A stretch of 63,791 nt of DNA, filler included, from Octopus bimaculoides (lineage: Eukaryota), in assembly GCF_001194135.2 (NCBI RefSeq). It is 6 parts of 5 records of this genome, joined end to end, with 100 filler letters (N's around TTAATTAATTAA, not from the genome) between each part and the next. Parts side by side here need not be neighbours in the genome. Positions count along the whole stretch, not along the records: positions 23,776 to 35,845 come from NC_068991.1; positions 35,946 to 56,228 come from NC_068987.1; 4 more parts are not named here. The stretch is one strand, 5' to 3'. Below the pieces are notes generated by a model that saw only the letters and a list, made by a program, of their open reading frames with translations, ran no database searches and was not told where the DNA came from. Positions 25,873-38,705 of this stretch are shown here, one piece after another. Both the position numbers and the translations under genes were made by a program. Each line of letters begins with the position of its first letter. The stretch's first letter is position 1.

Positions 25873-26909
25873 AGGTTCCGGTTATTTCAAAGGCCCACTC
25901 GGTTGTTGCTTAAGTTATGGTGGCATTGTATTAAATGCCGCCACGGTAGAAGATAGCTACTGCAATAGAAAATAAAGAAAAAACAATGTCTTTTACTTCT
26001 GTAACCTTAAGAAGAAGGAACATATTTAATCAGTTGCTTGAGGCTGAAGGGAATCCACAATTCATCGCATATAACACTCATATATAACACCGTATATCAT
26101 ACTTGTTTATGGAAACTGTTAAAGAGTAAAATAAATAAATAAATGACAGTGAAATATGCCATAAGATCAGACTAAGAAATAGATTAAGGTATAATTCCAA
26201 AGCATTGTCATTTTTAAATGCAACAGTTTGATACTTGGCAGAAAGCTCACATTTCACATTGCTTAGCCGAATATTATTTTGTATAAATTTCTTTAGTCAG
26301 CCCGTTCCTTGAAATATTTACCAAGTCTTTGCTAGCAATTAATATTTACGTACTAGTTGCCAGGAATGTGTTTAATATGTAAATTAGTCTATTAAATAGT
26401 GTTACACCGCTAATCTTAGTGGGTATTTAAGCAGAGAAGAAAGAGCGAGGTACTTGTTTGAAATGTCACCTGAGGAGACGCAATCTGCACCGGCGATGCA
26501 AGACAATTGACTGCACAGCATCTCACTTGTGAAGTACGGATGCGGAATGACACCAAACAATTGTAGTGGATTTGAATAAAGAATCTCGTGGATTCCATCT
26601 TCTGCCTCTGTTCTGTTTACCATTTATGTATAGTTCTTTGAAACTAGATATTCATTTCATCACGAATCAAGATTTCCGCTCATATTGTGTGGTAAATATC
26701 CAGTTTGAACTAAAGCATGTATTGAGTACCCTCATTCTCATACATTCGACAAAGATCAACTTTTGCACATACACACAAATATATATGAAATATATGTACA
26801 TTTGTTATACACCTCCACAAGCACCCCCACGCATCCCCATGCATCCCCACGCACCCCGCGCACCTCCATGCACTCCCACACGTATATATGTATATGTTCT
26901 CTGTTTTTA

Positions 26910-28460
26910 ATTATTTAAATCCTTCCTCTGAGGAATAAGCTCGTTTCTCACAATGATACAAAGTTCAGTCGTTGGAATGTAGATAAAAACAATGTCACAT
27001 TCTAAGCTTGAGAAAAGTGTGTTCCACTACAGAGTGTATTTGTAATGTGCGAGTTAACTGGATGATTTCTTTTTCTGGAAAGCCTAACCTATCCAGATTG
27101 TTTCTTAGGCATTCACTCACGAAATCAAGTGCATCAATTATTATTAGTATATATGTAAATTAACAATCTGAATATAGGATATAGAAGCTGGAGGTTTCGA
27201 AACAGATGTCTATAGTTAACTTTTTTGATTCTCAAAGAGATATTCGCATCAGCATGACAGTTGACATCTATTACGGTACATACTTTTTCTTGTCTATCCC
27301 AACTCCGCCTGTTATCCTTACCGTTGACATGTTTTAATAGGAATGTTCCACCAGTATTCCTTGTGTCAATGCTTGTGTATGTATTCAATAACAGGAGGAT
27401 TCTCTATATTTATTCCAAGACGGTCTTTTTTCGAAAGGCATTTATATATTTTTGGTGCGACAACGTCATGTCGCATAGGAAAGTAGGACGTTGATAACAT
27501 TTTTCGGCAGCTGCTAACCAAATGTATGATATCTTCCACAGGCATATGATATAATCTACATTTTTGGCTGTATCTTGGAGCTCCAAGGCCTTCACTGTCT
27601 CTTTTGTTGATTGGACATTTAGTAGCAATCTCCCGTCCTTGGATTGCAAATGCGTAACTTACGAAGTGTGATGTGAAGTAGTGGTCAAGAGTTCAAGAGA
27701 GGCTACACTTCATGTCGATATTACTGTCTCCTTCAAGCCTTTGAGAAACAACCATGCATAGTATTTTTTTTGTATACTGAGCGTTTCACAATCAGGTCTT
27801 CTTTGAAGAATGTTAGTCCGGCTGTTTGGAGGATGTATGGGAGTTCATCAGGAAGAGAGTGGTTCCTGAGAAGTTCGTTGCCGATATGTAGGATATTGTT
27901 CATTTTTCAGCACTAATGTATTTATATTTGCAGCTGTTGTTTAGAAAGCGCTATCTGAAAGAGACTACACGACATTCGAAGGTTGCCTGCGCTGACTTCA
28001 AGCCTCTAACTACTTTGTCTCTTTTTAGGTAGAATCTGTCAATATTACCATTTCTGTGGCGATTTAGAGTTTATCTAGTGGGTTTCAACGTCTCTGGAGT
28101 GGATTTCCTCTGCAGAGCAGTCAAGTATTCCAAATGTTGGAATCAGCACTGGTACTGCAAATATATTGTGCGATATTGTCTTGTAAAAGGAGAGTTCCAA
28201 GTACCATAGTTTTCTAAATCTGGTGTGATGTTCTTGGATCACTCTGTCTTTATTCATAGTACCTTCGTATGATATATTTTCATCAATGCCTTGGTACTTG
28301 TAGTATTCTTTGTGTGCGGTAGGAGAGATAGTGATACCGTTGATGCACAGGTTTTGAATCTGGAGGACTGATTTTCCCCGTTTCTACAATCAAATATGCA
28401 TGTTTCTTTAGGCCAAAATGTTATTTATTCCAGCTGATTTTTCGCTTTGTTTACATTGGA
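26910..28460 (-). mobile_element. Second, older RLE-type (R4/Dong-like) LINE relic, 5'-truncated
   Basis: Minus-strand fragments YYKYQGIDENISYEG, NKDRVIQEHHTRFRKLWYLELS..HNIFAVPVLIPTFGILD, and VIDVNCHADANISLRIK..LFRNLQLLYP. These are RT-thumb and RLE motifs, heavily stopped. Confidence 0.8.
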
Positions 28461-28793
28461 GACAATGTATGTATGTATGTATGTATGTATGTATGTATGT
28501 ATGTATGTATGTATGTATGTATGCATGTATGTAGGTACGTACGTAGTTAAACTGGCTACATGTATCGAATTAATGAGTTAGATGAATATTGGTTTCAAAT
28601 TTTGGTACAAGGCCAGCAATTTCAGGGAGGTGCTCAGCTGGTACTTATTTTATCGAATCCAAAAAGGATGAAAGGCAAATTTGAACTCGGCGGCATTTGA
28701 ACTTAGAACGTAAAATCAAGAAATGCTGCTAAGCATTTTTTTTCTTGCACGGTAACAATTCTGCCAGCTCACTATCTCAGTCAGATGAATATT

Positions 28794-29010
28794 TTTTTCT
28801 ACTCTAGGCACAAGGGCCGAAATGTTTGGGGAGGGAGCCAGTCGATTAGATCGACCCCAGTACGCAACTGGTACTTAATTTATCGACCCCGAAAAGATAA
28901 AAGGCAAAGTCGACCTCGGCAGAATTTGAACTCAGGACGTAAAAACAGACGAAATACCGCTAAGCATTTCACCCAGCGTGTTAACGTTTGTGCCAGCTCG
29001 CCGCCTTCTT
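28794..29010 (-). mobile_element. SINE family A with 15-bp TSD, next to an older copy at ~28588-28772
   Basis: TSD AGTCAGATGAATATT at 28779-28793 and 29011-29025. Confidence 0.92.
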
Positions 29011-30135
29011 AGTCAGATGAATATTGAACGAGTGAATACAGAGTAGTAATTATTGGGTAACGGTTACTGGGCAAGTGTTATTGAAGTAGGGAACCCAATG
29101 AGTATTTCCTTTCTTATGTCAGTCTATTGTTTTGTTTCAAGATAGGATATGTAATTCTATGCAGACCAGTTCGATAAACGAAGTACGAAATTTTCTGAGT
29201 AAAAGAATATGGTTGATCCAATGGTTAGTGGCTACCTCTTTTTAAGACAAGCCGAAGCAATTGAACTTATAGCTCTTGCCGACGATAAAAATGAATATTT
29301 TTTATTTCTATGCATTATATATACTAACAACTAAATTCTTTGTATCTGGCAATAAACTGATAAAATTTATAGACCGTGAAGACAATGCCAAGAAGTTTAG
29401 AATTAAAAGAAAAAGAATGTTTGAGCTAGTAGTTATTTAAAGATTCAGTTTTGTGTGTAAAAAGAATTACCATGAATTCCTCTGGACCATTTCAAATTAC
29501 ATATCTGGAAAAATGATGGAATCGTCAATCAGCTTAAACAAATGGCCAAGTAATCACTGTAACAAACTTCTGATTATATACTTATGTATATGGAGGAAAA
29601 TGATAAAGCGAGTAAAAGAAAAATAGTAAGAGAAAAGGGGAAAAAGAAAAAATGGGAAAGAAAGAGAAAGACTGTAAATTTTGCCGCATTGCAACATTAT
29701 ATAGTAGTGCCGTGCAAGAACACATATACTTACATGCATTGCTTGTTTTCGTCCTCATTACACCACAGAAAACGTCACTGGGTTATCGAATTTCTAGCAA
29801 TCTTGTCGATTTTAGAATCTCTCGAGGTTGATAAAATGGAATTGGTTCTGGTCCACTACTCGTGAAGTAATGGAGTTTTTGAAATCACAAATGTAAGATA
29901 ACAAATTACTTGTCAGTTTTTTTTTCCTTTTCAACTCCTACGCTTCTTCCAGTTGCATAAAGATATCACTTCATCAACCGTTCACAGCTAGAAGAGATCA
30001 CAAGTTCAGTGTTATGGTCAGTGACTAATGGATACTATATGTTGAATATACGTTTACGGATAGTCATATATTGACGCAGCTAGCTACGATTCTCTCCCTT
30101 TTACCTATCTCTTTCTATTCTCACTTTGTCTGCCA

Positions 30136-30167
<32 letters not shown>

Positions 30168-30602
30168 GCCTGCCTGCCTGTCTACTATCTCCCTATCTAC
30201 CTACTATGTATGTATGTATGTATGTATGTATGTATGTATGTATGTATGTATGTATCTTTCTATCTATTTATCCATCCCTCTCGCTGTCGCTCTCCCTCTC
30301 TTTCTGTCATTAAATTTACTCTGCACACATCAGATAAATCTCCTCCAGGACAACTCCTTTCTGTTTCGCCTATGAGAATATAGGCCAAATACAAACGCAC
30401 ATTCGCTCGCTTTAAACAAGCCCATCACACCTGACAATCAATGCACAGCGGATCTTTCCTTCTCAAACTTTTCAATCATTCAGACTCTACAGGGATGTAT
30501 TCTTATCTTTGGAAACACTCTATAGTGTCCTCTCTGAACCTGCCAAGTATCTTCTTATCACTTCCATTTCAAATGTTTCTATTAACAGCTTTCTTCAATA
30601 AT

Positions 30603-30649
<47 letters not shown>

Positions 30650-30675
30650 NNNNNNNNNNTCTCTCTCTCTCTCTC

Positions 30676-30706
<31 letters not shown>

Positions 30707-31387
30707 TACGCGCTGTGTCTTCTCTTTCTTCATTGACCTTTAGCGTGGCTTCAGTTAAGCCAGGTACCTACTCTCCTATATTACTCGGTCGTGGGTAATT
30801 TGGTGGAGCGATTTGGTGTGCATGGGCTCCATGTATTCTACATCACTTGACCCCCATTTTAACCGTGACTGGCATTCGATGTGCCCCAAGATTCGATTTT
30901 GTTCTCTACCACTCGTATTCTTATACAACAGCGATCTGCTTATTGTTGCCTCCAACAATGTTTACTCTTACGCAGATCTTACTTACCTTTTCTTTTTACC
31001 TTAGCCTTTCCTCCCAAAGTATCATTCATATCTAACACAGAGTGCCGACACCAATTTTGCCGTTATTATGACTAAAAACAATTCCCACCAAAATTCCATG
31101 CCTTGGGCTGATGTTAGAAACAATTAAAAGATGTGTTGAATTGGCAAGAAGCATCGGAAAAAATTCCTCGCAGCGTTCTTTCAGGTCTTTATGTTCTCAG
31201 TTCAAATTCTACTCAGGCCAATTTTGTCTTTATTCCCCCGGGTTCGATAAATATGATAACAGTCAAGTGCCGGGGTCGATTTAATCGCTAACACTTTCTC
31301 CTCAGATATCAAACTTTGTGTTTGTGCTTATGTCATCATCACCCTCCTCCTCCTCCTCCTCCTCNNNNNNNNNNNNNNNNNNNNNNN

Positions 31388-31429
<42 letters not shown>

Positions 31430-31809
31430 CATTTATTTCCTATCTCTCGTAGTAAAAGTGGCCACAATATTATTAAAACAAAACCCCACCTCAAATTTGG
31501 AGTCAAAACAAACATATATATTAAAGACATAAAGGAAATATTCTAAATACCTGTGGAATATATTTCAGAAAGAGAAACAAATAATACGTTTATGAATTTA
31601 TTTTGCAAGATACCTGATGTGAAATCATGTGCTGAAACAGATATTGTATTTCGGGACTCGTTTATTATTGTTCTTATTTTATCATAAAATAAAATAAGAA
31701 CAATAATAAACAATTGAAAAACGAATATGTAGTGCGTGTGCTTATTTGGCAAGAAAAAGAAATGACCGTCCCGAAATATAGCAATGAACAAATAATACTT
31801 TTTTGATAG

Positions 31810-32049
31810 AAACTAACATCGTTTGGAGGAAAATACGACATAGATGACGATGACAACAACAACAGCTTTGATAACACATACATATCCTTTTTACCAATCA
31901 AAGAGATGAATGGAGAGTTCGAATTGAAAAGAAGGAAAGCGCTTCTAGCTTTCCTTGATTTGCTGGAGTTACCTGAATTATCTGAGGAAGAAAAAGTTTT
32001 CTGGTTGAACTGTGTGACAATGGATGGCTATCAATTTTCAGTCTCTTAA
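31810..32049 (+). CDS. Orphan 79-codon ORF, candidate terminal exon (KLTSFGGKYDIDDDDNNN...ELSEEEKVFWLNCVTMDGYQFSVS*)
   Basis: Open 240 nt in very AT-rich DNA directly after acttttttgatAG, with protein-like composition. A phase-compatible upstream exon candidate lies at 31569-31645. No family recognised. Confidence 0.35.
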   Translation, partial: KLTSFGGKYDIDDDDNNNSFDNTYISFLPIKEMNGEFELKRRKALLAFLDLLELPELSEEEKVFWLNCVTMDGYQFSVS

Positions 32050-32510
32050 CAAAAAAAAAGAAAAAACGAGAAAAAGAAGATAACCGTACACCCCAGAAGA
32101 GGTGCGACGCAGTGCGACTGAACTCGAAACCATGTGGTTAGGAAGGAAGCTTCTTAGTACACAGCCTATTCCTTTATCCTCATTTGTCTTATTCTTTCTT
32201 ACCGTCTTTCTTCTAATTTGTAGTATTCCCCTGTAAAGTGAAATCAAATTAAATTAAATTTGGGAAAATTACAGTATTGTGGACGGGAATTGGCAGTTAA
32301 GAAATATGGAAACAATTAGTGCGAAGTTAGTGCATGTGTGTGTGTGCGCGTGTGTATGTGTGTGTGCATGCATGTGGGCATGTGTGTGCCTGTGTATGTG
32401 CATGTGTGTGTACATGTTTGCACGTGTGTGTGTACATGTGTGTACATGTGTTTATATGTATGCACGTGTGTGCATACGTGAGAGTTGGTTTTTACATAGG
32501 TAAAACAGAG

Positions 32511-32541
<31 letters not shown>

Positions 32542-32933
32542 CAGAGAGAGAGACAGAGAAAGAGAGAGAGAGAGTGAGGGAGAAAGTGAGAGAGAGAAAG
32601 AAAGGGAGAGAGAGACAGAAATTTATAAGGATAAAGAATTAGAATGTCATAGGAATGGATGAAACATTAATAGAAAACTGTTTGCTGAAGAATGACTGAA
32701 TGCAAAACGAAATGTAAAAACAGAAAAATAGTGAAAAGGGAACTTAAGGAGATAAAATGCGATTCAGTGAGGGCAGGAGAGAGAGGGAGTAAAGAAGGAG
32801 AAATAGTCGTAGAAGGATGAGAGGAGAAGAGAGAAAGAGAAAGGAAGAGGAAAGAAAAACGTTGAGGGAAGAGGGGAGAGAGAAGTGGAGAGGAGAAAGG
32901 AAAGGTAGCAAGGGAAAGAGTAATGGAAGCTCG

Positions 32934-33006
<73 letters not shown>

Positions 33007-33409
33007 GAGCGCGAGAGAGATACAAAAATACAGGTTGATTTGAAAATTCCTTTCGCGTTTTCATGCTATCATGTAATGTACCGAGTGTGTATATGTTTTA
33101 AAGAAACAATGAATGTTATTTTAGATAGTATAGAATTAAAATCTCCATCATTAAGCTCATTATGTGATCAAATTCTTTTTTCAGCTGCTGAAATCGAATC
33201 CCTCAAGAACGACTTTCATAAATCTCTGCTGAGTTGTTATTCTTGATCATGTTTCAGAAAGCGAATTTCTGACTTGTGCAGTTTTGGTCCATATTTGGAG
33301 TAAAGTTTTCTTTACATGGGAAAGTTACTGTAAATTAATGTTTTCATTTTCTCTTCCACATTCGAAATTTAAACCAAATACAAGCCGAGAAAAATAAAAA
33401 ATCATTAAT

Positions 33410-35450
33410 GATCTCGAGGATGATCAAAATATAGCTGTTAAAGAAACTGATAAATGTAGTACTATAGTCATTGAGGACTCGGAATAAACACTACACTAAC
33501 TCTTCTTCGTGACAGCACTTATATAAAAAAAGATTAACAATTACCAACAATCCAAAATAATGAAGGAGTTCTCTACTCTCACCCAACTGTTCCAAAAAGA
33601 TTTGACGGAGAAGAAAAATACTTAACAAGACTGCAAAACCACCAACTTTTACGGACTTGCGAAAATCCAGAAAAGTGATGTCATAAATGAAGCTTGTAGT
33701 AGATCAACCTCATGTGCTACATCCCATAGACCTCAAATTGAAACCAATTATGGCAAGCTCGTCCTGTGAAACAGACTCAGTAACTTTACTGACGTACTTC
33801 TAAAACCAATTCTTAAACATATACCGAACTTCATATGAGCAAAACCAGCATGGATACTCTTTTTGTGTCATTCTATGTAATAAATTCTGGCTGGTAAAAT
33901 TTCTAAATGGCATATCTGAACGAATTGGGAAAGGATTTATCATTGAAGTATTAAATAACCTTTTCAGCTTCAAAGACAAGTATCTATGACTGCGGTGGGG
34001 ATGAAGGCAGCTTTGCTAACCTTGACCTGGCATACTTGGAAGACCAAATATACGAATACACCAGACTGAAATTTGGTGATAACTTCTATAAGTACTTACT
34101 TGCCAACTGAATACACTACCTGGATGATTCTTTCATTTTGTGGTTGCATAATCTGGACCAACTCTTGGAGTTTAAAGACTTAATAACATAAAGCACTGTA
34201 TCCAATTCACGATGGAATAAAGCCAAAAGAGCAACCATTTTTTAACATCTTAATCACAAGAACAGATATTATCATTGAAACCGACATCTACTTTAAACCA
34301 ACAAACTCAAAACAATATCTTCTATTTTTTCCTTCCATCCATAGCATAGAAAAATCTATAATACCTTTTAATCTGGCAAGTAGAATTTGCACAGTCATAT
34401 CCAATCCCGAAAACCGGAAAACAAAAACGACCCCAAGAACTTAAGAATGTATTGATTTCAAAATTTGGCACAAGGTCACAATGTTGGGGAAGGGGTAGGT
34501 TGATTACATCGACCCCCAACCTTCAAATGGTACTTATTTCATTCACTCCGAAAAGAATGAAGGCAAAGTCGAGCTCGGCGGAATTTGAACTCAGAATATA
34601 AAGACATACGAAATGCCGCTTAGCATTTTACCAGGCATGTAACGATTCTGTCAGCTCGCAGAAAATATATTACTTGAAAATATATTACTTAATAAAAATA
34701 TATTACTTGAAAGAAAATACCCTGTCAGTTTAATCAATAAAGGAATAGAACGTGTAAAATCGATAGGCATCCAAAAATTACGAGAAACAAGAAAACACCC
34801 TGATACACTTAACACATTACCTTATGTATCAAGACACAATCCATGGAATATGGATGGATATCCGTTTTGATGGACGACCTACGAATGAAAAAGCACTGGT
34901 AAAACAAAATTGCTAAATGTAAAAGAAACCCAACTTTCTAAAAAGGCTACTTACTAACATCAAATTACCCATCAAAAACAAGCATTCAGCTGACCGAGAC
35001 AAGTGACTTCTTAAGGGAATCAGCCAAGCGGAAAGCTGGATGACCGTCAGACAAAAACAGGTTACCAAGACTTGTAACTGACAAATGACATATGTAGAAA
35101 AGCAGTCAACCAAATAAAGAAATAAGAAAACCAGTCAACCAGAGCACTGCATCTCGACTGGTCAAAAACACGCGATCAATACAGTCGATAAACAAATGAG
35201 GTTATGGGGAAGTCAACTAAGCAGAACGCTGGACTACTGCCAAAATTAAAATATTTGACGAGAACATATGAAAAACAAGAGATATATTGAAGCCGGAATA
35301 ACATGAGGAACGTCATCAAATTAATAACCAATGAGAACTTAAATCTATAACTTAAAAATCTATATCTACAAAGCGATTTCAGCTTAAAACATTCCAAGCT
35401 CACACCGTCAAAGCCCGCGACGAAGAATCCTCCTTCATGCACTACGACAG
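33410..35450 (+). mobile_element. Degenerate Penelope-like retroelement (RT, possible GIY-YIG remnant)
   Basis: Frameshifted motifs in PLE order: IAVKETDKCSTIVIED (ADKG motif), NFYGLAKIQKS (FYGLPKIHK), LKPIMAS, YLDDSFILW (~34117), IQFTME, ETDIYFKPTNSKQYL, LERKYPVSLI, LPYVSRHNP. Interrupted by a SINE at ~34447-34659. The 3' boundary is approximate. Confidence 0.88.
34447..34659 (-). mobile_element. SINE family A inserted into the Penelope-like element
   Basis: Full head, core and tail interrupting the PLE reading frame between the thumb-region motifs. Confidence 0.85.
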
Positions 35451-35801
35451 AAATTGTAAAAAAAATCGTTTTTTTCCCCCCTTTTTTCCTGTCTTACTCT
35501 TTTAAAACTTCATTGTATCTAATTGGGATCTTCAATCTCAGTTACAAATTTTTAAATTATTTTTTTAAAGAGCAACATCTGGGTCATCGGGTCATCTGTT
35601 TTGGATGCTGCATACATATATGTATGTAAATACACAGACACATGCATACGTATACACACACCAACACACACACACACAAATGCAACTTTTAGAATGCTGA
35701 GGAAAGGAAAGGGGAGGTGCATGTGAGGAATTCATAGCATTAAAGAGGGAGGGGTATTGTGAAGATGACGACAGTTGTTCATGCAGCGTTTCTGCTGTCC
35801 A

Positions 35802-35845
<44 letters not shown>

Positions 35846-35959
35846 NNNNNNNNNNNNNNNNNNNNNNNNNNNNNNNNNNNNNNNNNNNNTTAATTAATTA
35901 ANNNNNNNNNNNNNNNNNNNNNNNNNNNNNNNNNNNNNNNNNNNNATATATATCAACAC

Positions 35960-36238
35960 GTGAAGGTGCATACTTCAGTGGTTACAGCGTCGAGCTTACA
36001 ATCGTGGGGTTGTGAGTTCGAATCCTGGGCCTGGCTGCGTGTTGTGTTTTTGAGCACGACACTTTATTTCACGTTTCTCCAGTTCACTCAGCTGTAGAAA
36101 TGAGTTGCGACGTCACAGGGGCCAAGCTGTATCGGCTTTTGCCTTTCCCTTGGATAACACTACCCGGACTTGTGCCTGGGATGGTAACTTTCTAGGTGCA
36201 ATCCCATGGTCAGTCATGACCTAAAGCGGGGTCTCAGC
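35960..36238 (+). mobile_element. SINE family C sharing its tail with the 4962 copy, with an internal deletion
   Basis: ..cccttggataacac|..gacttgtgcc..ggtaactttctagg.. lacks the ~65-nt block present at ~5150-5215. Confidence 0.8.
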
Positions 36239-36794
36239 ATATCAACACAATTTAACGAATTTGATAATTTAAGAAATATATTCCTTTTATTTCCTGCATT
36301 TCTCTCACCAACTGTCGTCTGTCTGTATGTATGTTTGTCTATGTGTCCGTCTCTCGCTGTCACACATTCAGACCCTCTTATTTACACATAGAGAAACAAC
36401 ATTATTCATATATGCCTGCCGCGCACGCGTGCGTGTAGTGTGCGCGAGTGTATGTGTGCGTGTAAGCGTCTGTGTATATGTTTGTGTGTGCTTATATTTC
36501 TGTGTGCGCTATACGTTTATGCATGTATTGTGTATATGTGCATGATCTCATTCTCTTTATACGAGATACGAGAGTGTAGTTTTGTGAAGCGACTCAAGAC
36601 TCAAAGATTAGATATTCTTAATCAAGTTTTCTCTGTGATTGTGTGTTCGTCTGCAACATAAGGTGAAATCAGAAACTGGTGGCAAGAGAAGAGGATCCGC
36701 ATGCAAGGGGGATAACTGCTGAAGTCTAGGGAGGACAACTTCACACAATTTGTATACGTTCACCTTCTCTTCTTCTCTTTGAGGCACACACACA

Positions 36795-36881
<87 letters not shown>

Positions 36882-37389
36882 GCTGACACTTACACACAAC
36901 ATGGATATACTGACTCATACTCTAAAACATATACATACACACTGGTATCCACTGAGCAGTGTGGCAGGGTGGTTAACTTGTACGATTCACAGTGACTATT
37001 TCACAGTGTCAGGTTTCAATCCATCTACTCGGAAAATTGGGTATCTGCCATCTACCATCTACCATCTATTAGAGCTTCGAAACGACAGAGACGAAATGTG
37101 AGCAATTAGATAGATTAGGTAGGCATGGCTGTGTGGTAAAACGTTTCTTCCCAACCCCATGGTTCAGTTTTCAGTCCTGCTTCGTGACAGCCTGGTAAAA
37201 GTAGTTTTCTACTACAGCTCCGGGCCGATTAAAACATTGTGAGTGAATTGGCTAATCGAAAAGTGAAATAAACCTATCGTATATGTACGTGTTTGTGTGT
37301 GTGTGTATGTATCTGTCTGTCTGTCAATCTATCTCTCTGTCTGTCTGTCGGCCTGTCTCCGTCTCTCTGACTTTCTGTCTATCAGCCTG

Positions 37390-37451
<62 letters not shown>

Positions 37452-37623
37452 GATCGATCGATCGATCGATCTATCTCGGAGGTTAAAAATAAGTTTATAT
37501 GATCGTCATTATAATATAAGTCTGTGTTTCTCCTTATTTCTCTTACATATGCTCTGTAGCTCATAACTAACATGATCACTCAGTACAGAAGTTATTTGAT
37601 TATACACAAAGGCGTGACTCCGT

Positions 37624-38032
37624 ATAGGCGCAGGCGTGGCTATATGGTAAGAAGTTTGCTTCTCAGCAACATGGTTCCAGGCTCACTCCCACTGCGTAGC
37701 ATCTCGGGTAAGTGTCTTCTACCATTATCTCTGGCCGACTAAAGCTTTGCGTGTGGATTTGGTAGACAAAAACTGAAAGAAATCCATCGTGTATGTGTTT
37801 GTATTGTGTGCATCTTTGTGACTGTGTTTGTTCCCCACCACCGCTTCACAACCGGTGTTATGTGTTTTCGTCCACATAAATTAGCGGCTCGGCAAAATCC
37901 ACTCGCAAGGCTTTGCTAGGATCGAAGCTATAGCAGAAGACACTTGCCTAAGGTCTCACGCAGTGAGACTGAATTCGGAACCATATGGTTGGAATGCAAG
38001 CTTCTTACCACACAGCCACACCTGCGCCTATG
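37624..38032. mobile_element. Two SINE family B copies in inverted (tail-to-tail) arrangement
   Basis: A + copy starts taggcgcaggcgtggct at ~37624; a - copy ends ..agccacacctgcgccta at ~38030. Confidence 0.85.
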
Positions 38033-38705
38033 CATATTTATTTGTAGTTTTTGTTGTCTATGGATAAACATTCAATTTTAACCTCGCTTCGAAAAATAAC
38101 CAAACTGGTTGCTCAACAATTTTTCTTATCTCTGAGAATAGAAAAGCGAAAAGGTAGAATCTGTCAGTTTGTATTCATCTTTCACCTGACTGTCATCAAG
38201 AAAGAATCCTCAACTGCCCACGGAGTGCTTAGCGGGCTTTAGGCATTCTAAGGACTCATCTAAATCCCCAAATCTAATTTTCTCAACGGTGCCATCATCG
38301 GTAGCATGGTTAATTCATTGTACAGTACACAGTAGTTTGGACTAATTTTTGCACCACAAAAACTAAAATTGTGTTTCTTACAATAAAAGATATATCTCTT
38401 GTGATTATACAGCTATATGTGCGTATGTGTGTGCGTGTGTGCGCGTGCGTGTGTGTGTGTTATATATATATATATATATCCTTAAACATACAGAATATTT
38501 ATCTATCTATCTATATTGTTGGCACTATGAGAATAAAGAAACTTCGAGAGAAGGCGAAATAATTCTTTCTAGTTTAAAAACTATAAACCCAAATACTGTT
38601 TTTTGCCAAGCGTTTAGACGCTGCTATCCATATCTTTATCTGCTACGTGTTTCCCCGTCCTGACGCAGGCTCATATGTACATATACAATTACATGTATAA
38701 AAATA

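Noticed and set aside
26815-26885. Six ~10-bp GCAYCCCCAY units
   Set aside because: Short degenerate minisatellite with no spacers or associated genes; not CRISPR-like.
34664-34712. Triple AAAATATATTACTT repeat beside the SINE in the Penelope relic
   Set aside because: Best explained as local slippage at the insertion junction.
35405-35450. Possible hammerhead at the 3' end of the Penelope relic (cgcgacgaagaatcctccttc)
   Set aside because: No GAAA, helix III or helix I pairing recoverable.
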